This document shows, piece by piece, positions 54,566 through 64,000 of a DNA stretch of 64,000 nt (position 1 is the first letter of the stretch; every line of letters starts with the position of its first letter). A model generated the notes under the pieces. The model did no database searches, was not told where the DNA came from, and saw only the letters and a program-made list of their open reading frames with translations. This DNA is from an uncultured Gemmatimonadales bacterium (GTDB taxonomy: Bacteria; Gemmatimonadota; Gemmatimonadetes; Gemmatimonadales; GWC2-71-9): the NCBI GenBank assembly GCA_963842945.1, contig CAWJIM010000024.1, positions 384,001 through 448,000 on the forward strand, given 5' to 3'. The translations under genes and the position numbers were made by a program.

Positions 54566-55063
54566 ATGACGGCCGATCTCACCCAGCTCTTCGAGCAATA
54601 CTACGGCTCGCTCGTCCGGATGCTGTACCGCCGAACGGGAGACCGGGATCGCGCCGAGGATCTGGCTCAGGAAACCTTTGCCCGCGCGGTGGCCGCACCG
54701 CCCAACAACCCTCGGCCGTGGCTGTTCGCCGTCGCCCTGAACCTGGTCCGGGAAGATGGCCGGAGGAACGTGCGCCAGGGCCGGCGGCTCGAGTTGCTTC
54801 GGGCCGACGCCGCGCCGGCCCAGGGGCCGGACGAAGAGTTCGACCGGAACGAGCGTAGCGCCGGGGTGCGGGCCGCGCTGGCTACGCTGACCGAACGCGA
54901 TCGGGAGGCATTGCTGCTGAAGGCCGAGGGGTTCAATTACGGAGAGATCGCTGCCACCTTGGGACTCTCCAAAGGCGCCGTGGGCACCACGCTGGCCCGG
55001 GCCCGGCGCCGGCTGGTGGATGCATATAGAGCGGAAGGACGGGGCAAGAATGTCGCATCTTGA
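54566..55063 (+). CDS. ECF RNA polymerase sigma factor
   Basis: RBS GAGG; AEDLAQETF, WLFAVALN, LTERDREALLL..YGEIAATLG..LARARRRL. Confidence 0.92.
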   Translation: MTADLTQLFEQYYGSLVRMLYRRTGDRDRAEDLAQETFARAVAAPPNNPRPWLFAVALNLVREDGRRNVRQGRRLELLRADAAPAQGPDEEFDRNERSAGVRAALATLTERDREALLLKAEGFNYGEIAATLGLSKGAVGTTLARARRRLVDAYRAEGRGKNVAS

Positions 55064-56331
55064 TGAAGGCACGCTGCACGCGCTCCTCGACGGTGAGCTG
55101 GATCTGGCGGAAGTCAGCGAGATCCAGAAGCACCTCGGGAGCTGTGTGGCCTGCGGCTCCCGTCTCCAGGAAGTTAAGCAGGTGCTGGCCGAGGCCGACC
55201 GGCTGGTTGGCGCCATGGAGGTTCCGGCCGGCGCCTCACGGCCTCGCTCGGAGGCCCCCCGCCCCGAGCCTCAGCCACTCCCATCCCGGCCGGCGTATGA
55301 GCCGCTGGCGTGGGACGAGCCACCCGTGCTCCTGGTGCCCGATCCGATCGATGCGCATGCCAAGCGCCGGCGACATCGATTCGGGGGCTGGCTGTGGCGG
55401 CAACCCTGGCCGGAATCGTCACCGGAGGCAAGCTCATCGGCCGAGCGTTCGAGCCGAGCCATCCGATGCTTTCGGACCGGGATCTCACTTCGGTCTCACA
55501 GCAAACCGCTCAACCGGCGGTGGTCAGCCCTGAGGAGAGCCGGAAACCCGAGTCTACACTGGCTACTCGGGAGAACAAGTCGAACCGCATCCAGCCGCAG
55601 CGAGCCCCAGCGGCCAGCGCCCACGCCCCCTCCAGCCCGGGCCAAGGTGGCAGTAGACACGTCCACTCTTCCGGCCGACCCGGAGGATTCCGCCGTCTCG
55701 GATTCAGCTGCAGCGGACTCCATGGCATTGGCTGAGGCGGCGGCTGACAGCCTTGCCCAAATCGACGCCGCCGCCGGGGTGGCCGCCACCGCGTCGGCGC
55801 GCCCACAGGATGGCCAGTCGGAGACCGAGCCTTCGTCGAGCGATGCTCTGGCCACCCGCCGGGCCGCCGCCGCGGCTCTGGCCGAGCTGGATCGGGAGAG
55901 ACAGCGCCAGCGGGCCAACGCCGCCACCGCCGCGCTGCCGCCGGCTCGGGTTGAGGCAGAGGCGGAGCCGGCTCCCCGGCCACCTACTCTGGAACAGCGG
56001 TCCCAGGTCTATCTCCGAATCGGGCTGGATGAGGCAGTGAAGCAGCTGGGTGGCCCCGTGCACGTGATCGAGGGGATGACGCCGGAGCTCATCGGCTTGA
56101 CCCGAACCCAGCTGATCCCGGGCACCACGCTCGACCCGTCCGGTGGTACGAGTGGTGTATCTCGATAATAGAGGCCGGCTCATTCTGCTGGATCAGCAGC
56201 GAATGGCCTCGGGGCAGGCACTCAGCACTCCCGCGGGAAGCCTTCGCTGGGCGATCGGAGACGTGATGCTATATCTGCGGGGCGAGCCGAGTCCCGACGT
56301 GCTCAGGAGCTTGCAGGCGCGGGTGAGGTAA
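55050..56331 (+). CDS. zf-HC2 (ZAS) transmembrane anti-sigma factor, frameshifted
   Basis: HLDEGTLHALLDGEL..HLGSCVAC; TM segment LAVAATLAGIVTGG in an alternative frame; C-terminal VRVVYLD..LILLDQQ. Confidence 0.8.
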
Positions 56332-56467
56332 AGAGGGGAAGGAATACGGGAGGGTCGGGCAAGACGGGAAGGTATGCGGAAACGGAGACAGGCGGTGAGG
56401 TGAGAGAATCAAGAGACACGTGCTTGAGGAGCATCACATTCTTGCAAGAAACCACATCCCTGGCAGC

Positions 56468-58996
56468 CTATCCGTCCTGACCATCCACCTTCCCGTCCTT
56501 CACGTCCTTCCCGTCGTTCCCGTCCTTATCCAACACCTCCCGCACCTTTCGCATCAAATCGTCTGGCGTAAACGGCTTCTGGATGAACGCGGCCTCCTGC
56601 TGGCTGATGCCGCGGCGAACCACCTCATCGCTGGTATATCCCGAGATATAGATGACCCTCAGCCCCGGCCGCTCGGCCAGGAGTTGATCGGCCAGCTCGC
56701 TGGCGCCCATCTCGGGCATTACCACATCGGACAACAGAAGCTCGATCGGATGCTTGTAGTCGGCCGCAATCCCCAGAGCGTCCCGCCCGTGTCGCGCTTC
56801 CAGGACGGTGTGGCCATGGTCGGTAAGGATTTTCCAGATCAGCTCCCGCACGCCATCTTCGTCTTCCACCAGCAGCACCGTCTCGTCCCCCCGCAGTGAA
56901 GCAGGCGTTTCGGAAACGTTCGGTTCGTCTCCTTCCGCCAGGGGGAAGAAGATCTTCACCGTGGTACCCAGTCCCGGCTCGCTGGAAACCCGGACCACGC
57001 CTCCGTTCTGCTTCACGATGCCGTACACGATGGATAGGCCGAGACCGGTGCGACTCCCCGGCGCTTGGGAGGTGTAGAATGGCTCGAACATGTGGGACAT
57101 GGTATCGCTGTCCATCCCGCTGCCGGTATCGCTGACCGCCAGCACCACGTACCGGCCAGGCTTCACCGAACGGCCGCGGGACGACCCGCTGATCTGCCGC
57201 TCTCCCGTCTCGATGGTCAGGGTTCCGCCGGACAACATGGCATCTCGGGCATTGAGAACCAGATTGACCAGCACCTGCTCCAGCTGAGCCGGGTCCATTT
57301 TGATGTCGCCCAGACCAGAACGCAGCTCCGTGACCAGATTGATGTCAGCGCCGATGAGACGCTGAATGAGACCCTGCATGCCGGTGACGACCGCATTGAG
57401 CTGGAGGGGCCGAGGGTCCTGAGTCTGCTGTCGCCCAAAGGTCAGCAGCTGCCGGGTGAGAATGGCTCCCCGGTCGGCCGCCTTTCGGATCTGCTCGACG
57501 TCTTTCCGCCTCCGGTCGCTCGCCGGGATGTCGCGCAACAGAAGGTCGCTGAAGCCGCGAATGGTGGTCAGCAGGTTATTGAAGTCGTGCGCTACTCCCC
57601 CCGCGAGCCGGCCGGCCGCATCCATCCGCTGAACCTGGCGCAACTGTTCCTCACTCTGGTGCAATGCCGCGCGGGTTCGGGTGCGCTCGCTGATATCGGT
57701 GGCCAGCACCAGGCGAGCCCGGCGCCCATCCCAATCCATTTCATGGGACACCAGCTCCATGTCGACGATGTTTCCGTCCTTGCGCTGGTGCTGGATCAGA
57801 GCCACGTCGGTCCGGGCAGTGCCGGTGCGCTCCAGGCCGTGGTGGACACCGGGAGCATCCTCGGGGGGCAGAATGTCCATGATCGTCATGGAAAGAAATT
57901 CGTCCCGGCTGTAGCCGTAGTGGCGAATGGCTGCCTCGTTCACGTCGAGGAAGGCCAGAGTGTCGCTGTCGAACACCCACATGGGCTGAGGATTGCTGCC
58001 GAAGAGCATTCCGTAGCGCTCGTTGGCTTCCTGGGAATCCCGCTGCAGCCGGCCGTTCTCCACCGACAACGAGGCGCGGCCCGCCAGCTCCTGCGCAAAA
58101 CTCAGGTCGTCCGGTCCATAGACCCGGCCCGACTCCGGTCCGGCTACCAGCGTCAGCATTCCCGCCGTGTGGCCGCGGGCCAGCAGCGGCACCCGGATGA
58201 ACGACCCCGGAGCCAGGACACGAAACAGCTTGAGCTGCTCGGCATCCTCCGTGTTGGCCCGAAGCACGTCATCCGTCACCCCGCCATAACTCCCCCCGTC
58301 TGAACGCCCGAAAGGGGGACGCTGCGAGCCGGACTCACACAGCGCCCGAACCAGCAGATCCTTGGCCGGATCGCGATGCGCGGCGGTTACGAACTGAAGC
58401 TGGCCGTGTTCGTTGGCGACGTGGATTGCACACCAGTCGGCGAGGGTGGGCACGCTCAGCCGAGCGAGATTCCGCAGCGTCGCCTCGTGATCGAGCGAGG
58501 CGGCCAGGATCAGATTTGCCTCGGCAAAAAAGGAGAGCCGGCGATCCAGCCGCTCGGCCTCTGCCCGGGAAAGCTCGACGCCACGCGCTCGCTCGGCGGC
58601 GTCTCTCATCCGGCCGACCAGCAGAACCGTCAAAGGAAAAACCAGGAGAAAGCCGAGGAGGGTATAGGCGTTTTCAGGGGTGTAACGGAGAATGAATCCC
58701 GGTTCCGCCAGGTAATGCCGGGCATACAGGAGGGAGACAACGGCACTCGCGATCCCTGATCGGAGGCCGCCACGATAGGTCGAGTAGACGACTGTGAGCA
58801 GCAGAAACGCGAAGGGGTGGACGATCGGCATGCCGTGCCGGGCCAGCTGATCGAACACAATCGCGGTGGCCAGGGTGAGGAGAAAACCCCTGGCGCCGAC
58901 GCCTAATCGGCTCCAATCCATCCGGGCACGCGCCCGCGCCGCGCGAGCCAGAATGTCTGATCCGGTAATCCGGTGTGCGGCCCCGCTGTCAGTCAT
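56468..58996 (-). CDS. Membrane-bound hybrid histidine kinase (TM-GAF-PAS-HisKA-HATPase-REC)
   Basis: About 4 TM helices; LADWCAI, NPQPMWVFD, AHDFNN, GLGLSIVYGIV, LVEDE..SDVVMP..QKPF. Confidence 0.93.
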   Translation of the reverse strand: MTDSGAAHRITGSDILARAARARARMDWSRLGVGARGFLLTLATAIVFDQLARHGMPIVHPFAFLLLTVVYSTYRGGLRSGIASAVVSLLYARHYLAEPGFILRYTPENAYTLLGFLLVFPLTVLLVGRMRDAAERARGVELSRAEAERLDRRLSFFAEANLILAASLDHEATLRNLARLSVPTLADWCAIHVANEHGQLQFVTAAHRDPAKDLLVRALCESGSQRPPFGRSDGGSYGGVTDDVLRANTEDAEQLKLFRVLAPGSFIRVPLLARGHTAGMLTLVAGPESGRVYGPDDLSFAQELAGRASLSVENGRLQRDSQEANERYGMLFGSNPQPMWVFDSDTLAFLDVNEAAIRHYGYSRDEFLSMTIMDILPPEDAPGVHHGLERTGTARTDVALIQHQRKDGNIVDMELVSHEMDWDGRRARLVLATDISERTRTRAALHQSEEQLRQVQRMDAAGRLAGGVAHDFNNLLTTIRGFSDLLLRDIPASDRRRKDVEQIRKAADRGAILTRQLLTFGRQQTQDPRPLQLNAVVTGMQGLIQRLIGADINLVTELRSGLGDIKMDPAQLEQVLVNLVLNARDAMLSGGTLTIETGERQISGSSRGRSVKPGRYVVLAVSDTGSGMDSDTMSHMFEPFYTSQAPGSRTGLGLSIVYGIVKQNGGVVRVSSEPGLGTTVKIFFPLAEGDEPNVSETPASLRGDETVLLVEDEDGVRELIWKILTDHGHTVLEARHGRDALGIAADYKHPIELLLSDVVMPEMGASELADQLLAERPGLRVIYISGYTSDEVVRRGISQQEAAFIQKPFTPDDLMRKVREVLDKDGNDGKDVKDGKVDGQDG

Positions 58997-59193
58997 TGTG
59001 GCTCCGAAGCCCGGCGGATAAGCCAGAGGGTGTGCCGGAACAACCCAAGCTCAATGTAAAATTATCCCCAGTCTGTGACCCGCCACACACCCGACTCCTT
59101 GCGACCATCGGCAGGGCGCGGTAAGCTATGCGCCGTTCTCCCATATCGCGGCACGCCCCATTGCCTCCCGGTTCTCGAAAGGGATCTCGCGCC

Positions 59194-62100
59194 ATGGACC
59201 CACGCCGACGTCTTGTCCTCTCCGCCCTCCCCATCGTCGCCTGTCTGCTGGCGGCGCCATCCCTCGCAACAGCGCAGGTTCAGGCCACCACTGGTGTGAT
59301 CAGAGGCACCGTGAGCGATTCAACCGGCCACCCGCTGGCTGATGCCCACGTGTCGTTGCGCCACTTGGCCACCAACGCGGAGCGGACCCTCACCACCAAT
59401 GCCAGCGGCGTCTACATCGCGACGTTGCTTCGGGTAGGTACCTACGACGTTGCGGCCAGAGCGGTAGGGTTCCAGGAGGACCGGCGGGACAGCGTACAGG
59501 TGCGGCTGGGCGAAACGGTGGAGATCAACTTCATGCTCGCGCCGCAGGTGGTGCAACTGCAGGAGCTGACGGTGGCGGCACCGGAGCGGGGGATAGATCC
59601 TACCGCCTCGGAGTCGGCCACCCGAATGGGCGCGGAGGCGGTGCAGGGGCTGCCCAACAACGGCCGCAACATCTTCAACTACACCACGCTGACCCCGAAC
59701 GTCGCGACGGTGCAGGGCCCCGATGGAGACGAGATCAGCATCGGGGGCCAGCGCGGCATTCACAACAACGTTTCAGTGGATGGAGCGGACTTCAACAATC
59801 CATTCTTCGGGGAGCAGCGTGGTGGGCAGCGTCCGGCTTTCACCTTCAACCTGGACGCAGTCCAGGATTTTGTCGTGGTATCTGACGGGGCCAACGCCGA
59901 GTTCGGACGCTCCGGCGGCGGGTTCGTCAACATCATCACCAAGTCAGGCACCAACCAATTCCACGGCTCGGCCCACTACTTCGGGAAGTACGACGCGCTC
60001 TCGGCCGACTTCACCCACACCTTCCCCGCCGGCGGCACAACCGGCTTCACGCCTGATTTTCAGCAACACCAGTTTGGCGCCACGTTCGGCGGCCCCATAG
60101 CCCGGGACAAGGTGTTCTTCTTCCTGGCTTACGATCAGCAGGTGTACGACGAGACCAAGCAGACCGACCGCCTGGGGGCGATCGACCCCGCCCTGCTCGC
60201 CTTCGTGGACACCGCGTTCAGCGGAGCCCTGCAGGGAGATTTCGGCCCGATCAGCCGGACCAACGATGCGAACGCCTTCCTGGCCAAGCTCGACTTCAAG
60301 CTGGGTGCGAAGAGCAACGCATCGCTCAAATACAACTACACCAATTCCCGCCAGGAGAACGGTACGTTCGATGTGGACTTCTGGGGCCGCAGCGCCAACG
60401 CGTCTCGAGCGGGACTTCTCCCACGCCGTAAACGGCAGCCTGACCTCACTCTTCTCCTCGGCTCTCTCCAACGAGTTCCGTTTCCAGTGGGCCCGGGAGG
60501 ATCGGCCGCGACCCTATGAGGGGGCAACCAACCCGACCGTCGGCCGGCCCTTTCCGGACACCGACATCGGGTTCCTGGCCCCGGACAACTCGTTCCAGGG
60601 CTATCGGGTGGGCATGCCGTTCTTCATTCCAGTAGATGCGCACGATTACCGCTTCCAGGTGCTGGACAACGTCTCGGTGGTCAGCGGCAACCATCTGTTC
60701 AAGTTCGGCGGAGAGTGGAACCGGACCGGGGTTGATCAGACGTTCAGAGGTTTCGGCAACGGGCGAATCGGATTTACCTCCGTCCCCGGATTCCTGAGCT
60801 ACGTCGCGAACCCCGGGTACGTCGAGTGCGCCGTGGACGTCACCAACACGCCAACTCTACCCCAGACTACGGGCGCCTGCCCAGTGGGCCAGCACATCAC
60901 CGGGCCGATTGCCCTTTACCTGCAGCAGGCAGGGCTCAACGGACTTACCGTGGATGAGGCAGGCACCCAGACCATCATCCAGAACGAGCTGGCGCTCTTC
61001 CTCCAGGACAACTGGAAGCCGCAGTCCAACCTGACGGTTAACTACGGCCTGCGCTGGGAGGCGCAGATCGAGCCGAGTCTGATCACGCCGATCCCCGACC
61101 TGTTCTATCAGCCGCTGATCGGGACTACCTCCGTCACGCCGAAAGGCAGCTTCGAATTTCCGGGCGACGGGACCATCCCGTCCGACTACAACATGTTCCA
61201 GCCCCGGCTGGGCATAGCCTACGACATCAATGGCGACGCCAAGCAGGTAATCCGCGCCAACGCCGGCATCTACTACGCGCGGATTCCGGGACTGAACCTG
61301 GCCAGCAGCCGGAGCACCGACGGCTCGCGGGGTCAGAGCATCTTCCGTAACAGCGCGCTTACCCCGATCCTGGGGGCGCCGCCCGCGTACGGGGAGTTGC
61401 TGCCCACGCCGCCGGGTGCGCCGTTCGAGCCGGGTATTTTCGTGTTCGACAAGGATTTCGTGAACCCGCGTACCTTCACCGCGACGGTTGGGTACGAGCG
61501 GGAGATTGGGCGCGGGATAGCGGCCGGCCTGAGCTACACCCATGCCCGGACCGATAACCTGACCCGCTTTATCAACGGCAACGACCCGGTGTTCGGCAAT
61601 GACACCGTCGGTCCCTGGTCTACCGCCTTTGCGCCGGGAGGCGCCCCCGGCCTGGGATCGCTGACCGTGGTCCAGAGCTCGGCCAGGTCCCGCTTTAACG
61701 GAATAACCGCCGAGCTCCGGCGCGCGCTAAACCCCAAGCTCGAGTTCCAGGTGAACTACACCCTGAGCTGGGATAAGGCTGACGACGACAACGAGCGCGA
61801 TCCGTTCACCTTCCGCTATGCCCGGGCCGACTCACTGGAGAAGGAATACAACTGGAGCGACCGGGACCAGCGCCACCGCTTCAACGCCTGGATCCTGGCG
61901 GTACTCCCCGGCGATGTCTTCCTGAACAATCGTCTGAGCGCCTACTCGGCCCAGCCAACCTCGGAGGTCTGCGGCGCCGCGAATGTGGGCACCGGGGTAC
62001 GGGCCTCACAGCCGTCGCAGCGCATCTGCCCCGATGGACACGTGCTCCAGCGCAACACGATCCGCCGAGACAATGCCTATTTCTCCTGGGACATCCGGAT

Positions 62101-62287
62101 CTCGAAGCCAGTCTATTTTGCCCGCGACCGTGCCCTGGAGCTGATCTTCGAGGGGTTCAACCTCACCAACCACGACAATTTCAAGGATCCGTCCACGGCG
62201 GGCACGTTCCTGGTCTTCGACGGAACCATCAGAAGCGGGCTGGGAGAGCCGCGGCAGTTCCAGGCAGGGGTGCGCTACATCTTCTGA
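59194..62287 (+). CDS. TonB-dependent receptor (Oar-like, carboxypeptidase-regulatory N-domain), frameshift near 60400
   Basis: Signal peptide AQ; GVIRGTVSD, LPNNGRN, AEFGRSGGG..ITKSGTN..HGS, QDNWK..YGLRWE, PRLG.AY, terminal PRQFQAGVRYIF. Confidence 0.92.
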
Positions 62288-62361
62288 GCCGACCGAGGAA
62301 CCGGACGGGCGAACTCGCTCTTGAACTTGCGGGATCGCCCTTCCTTCTCCGTGACGGGACC

Positions 62362-64000
62362 TCACGCAACCGGTGAGAGCACATCCCGCACCTTGGCGGC
62401 AAGCTCTTCCGGCGTAAACGGCTTGGGCAGAAACTCGTCCACGCCGGCCTCGCTGAAGCGCTGCAGCACCTCTATGTCGCCATAGCCACTCATCGCCACA
62501 ATCGGCGTGTTCGGCTGCAGCCGGCGTAGCTCGGTGGCCGCTTCCGCTCCTCCCAGCTCGGGCATCGTCAGGTCCAGGAGAATCAGCCGCACGTCGTCTC
62601 CCAGGTCGCGCAGCCGCTCCACTGCCTGCTGGCCATCCTCCGCCAGCTCGACGGTGTAACCCGCTTCCTCGAGGACACTCGACACCAGCGCGCGGATGCC
62701 CTCTTCGTCGTCGGCCACCAGGATGGTTCCCGCCCCCTGGAACCCGGTTTCCACACTGAAACGCCCGCTCACCCGGTCGGGAACATGTGAATCACGCGGC
62801 ACCGGCAAGAGAACAGTGAAGGTGGTGCCCCGGCCCGGCTCACTCCGGACGCTGATGGCCCCCCGGTGTCCCCGGACGATGCCCAAGGCTGCTGAGAGAC
62901 CAAGGCCCCGTCCTAAAAACTTGGTGGTGAAGAAGGGCTCGAAAATCCGGTTGCGGGTCTCCGGGTCCATGCCGGCTCCCGTGTCGGTCACATCGATCCG
63001 CACGTATTCACCGGTCACTATGGGGAACCCTTCGGTCCGGGGCTGCTCCCGCCGTTCGGTGAAGTGCTCGGTTCGAACTCGCACCGTCAAGGTTCCGGGT
63101 TCGTCTCCAATGGCTTCGCCGCCATTGATCACGAGGTTCATCACCAGCTGCTGCAGTTGAGCCTTGTCGGCCTCGACCAGCGGGCAATCCTCCGGCACAT
63201 CGATCACCAGGCTGATCTTCTTGGAGATGGAAGCCCTGATCAGCGAGCTCACTTCACTCACGAGCTTGCCCAGGTCCACCGAAGCGATGACGAACCGGCC
63301 CTTCCCGGCGTAGGCCAGAAGCTGCCGGGTAAGGTCCGCCGCTTTTTGGCTGGCCGAGAGCACATCGTGAAGCAGTGAAGCAGCCTGGTCGGTCTTCCCG
63401 GTGTTGAGGGCCCGGCGCGCCAGTCCGGCGTTCCCCATGATTCCAGTCAGCAGATTATTGAAGTCGTGGGCTATTCCGCCGGCGAGGACCCCGATGCTTT
63501 CCAGCTTCTGCGCCTGCTGCAACGCCTCCTCGTTCTCTCGCTGAGCGGCTTCGCTCGACTTCTGCTGCGTCAGGTCTCGGATCACCAGGACAGCACCCCC
63601 AATGGTGCTGTCGGAGGGAATGGGCGCGATGGAGGAGCTGATCGGGATGAGCCTGCCGTCCTTGTGCAGGAAAAAGTCTTCTTCACTGCGCAGAGTCTCT
63701 CCCGTGATCAGCACCTTCATGTGGGGGCACTCTTCACTGGAATACCAGCTGCCGTCAGCCGCACGGCATCGGAGCCTGTCGTGCAGCAGCTCGCCGACGA
63801 GCTCCTCTCGCGACCAGCCGAACATGCTTTGGGCACTGGGATTGATGAACGTCAGCCGACCCTCTTTGTCCACCAGTATCATCGCTTCGGCGGCATTACT
63901 GGCGATGGCATCGGCCAGATTGAGCTGGTACTGGAGCAGCTCCTCGGCGCGCTTCAGCTCGGTGTCGTCGCGGATGATCTTGGCTACTCCAGTTACCGTG
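62362..64000 (-). CDS. PAS hybrid histidine kinase/response regulator, 5' partial
   Basis: Frame open to the window end; GVLAGGIAHDFNN, FEPFFTTK..GRGLGL, VADDE..LDLTMP..KPF. Confidence 0.93.
   Translation of the reverse strand, partial: TVTGVAKIIRDDTELKRAEELLQYQLNLADAIASNAAEAMILVDKEGRLTFINPSAQSMFGWSREELVGELLHDRLRCRAADGSWYSSEECPHMKVLITGETLRSEEDFFLHKDGRLIPISSSIAPIPSDSTIGGAVLVIRDLTQQKSSEAAQRENEEALQQAQKLESIGVLAGGIAHDFNNLLTGIMGNAGLARRALNTGKTDQAASLLHDVLSASQKAADLTRQLLAYAGKGRFVIASVDLGKLVSEVSSLIRASISKKISLVIDVPEDCPLVEADKAQLQQLVMNLVINGGEAIGDEPGTLTVRVRTEHFTERREQPRTEGFPIVTGEYVRIDVTDTGAGMDPETRNRIFEPFFTTKFLGRGLGLSAALGIVRGHRGAISVRSEPGRGTTFTVLLPVPRDSHVPDRVSGRFSVETGFQGAGTILVADDEEGIRALVSSVLEEAGYTVELAEDGQQAVERLRDLGDDVRLILLDLTMPELGGAEAATELRRLQPNTPIVAMSGYGDIEVLQRFSEAGVDEFLPKPFTPEELAAKVRDVLSPVA

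Overview
High-GC bacterial chromosomal window. Gene content (Hanks-type kinase, kelch lipoprotein, Oar-like TonB-dependent receptor, 7-9-mer intergenic tandem repeats) suggests a Gemmatimonadota-like soil organism; this is inference only. At least 15 otherwise well-conserved genes are split by 1-nt frame changes, which looks like uncorrected long-read indels rather than real decay, so split ORFs are merged below. In order: a partial CxxCH protein; an ArsR-regulated RND efflux operon; a di-heme oxidoreductase; an actinobacterial Sdh1-like (type F) succinate dehydrogenase operon; a sulfatase; MarR; an accessory region (about 16-22.9 kb) ending at a 5-tRNA cluster; a XoxF-like lanthanide-motif PQQ dehydrogenase / cytochrome c / caa3-type oxidase / NRAMP operon; tnaA coupled to three enzyme genes; hppD-hmgA-acetoacetate-CoA ligase; a signalling block (four hybrid kinases, CheB, CheR-PAS, ECF sigma/anti-sigma); and a TonB-dependent receptor. 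The strongest lead is the outer-membrane beta-barrel gene at 16088-17158. It has a signal peptide, then Gln-Gly-(in-frame TGA), then an fdhF-like SECIS-type hairpin, so it is a candidate selenocysteine-containing outer-membrane protein that the ORF track truncates.
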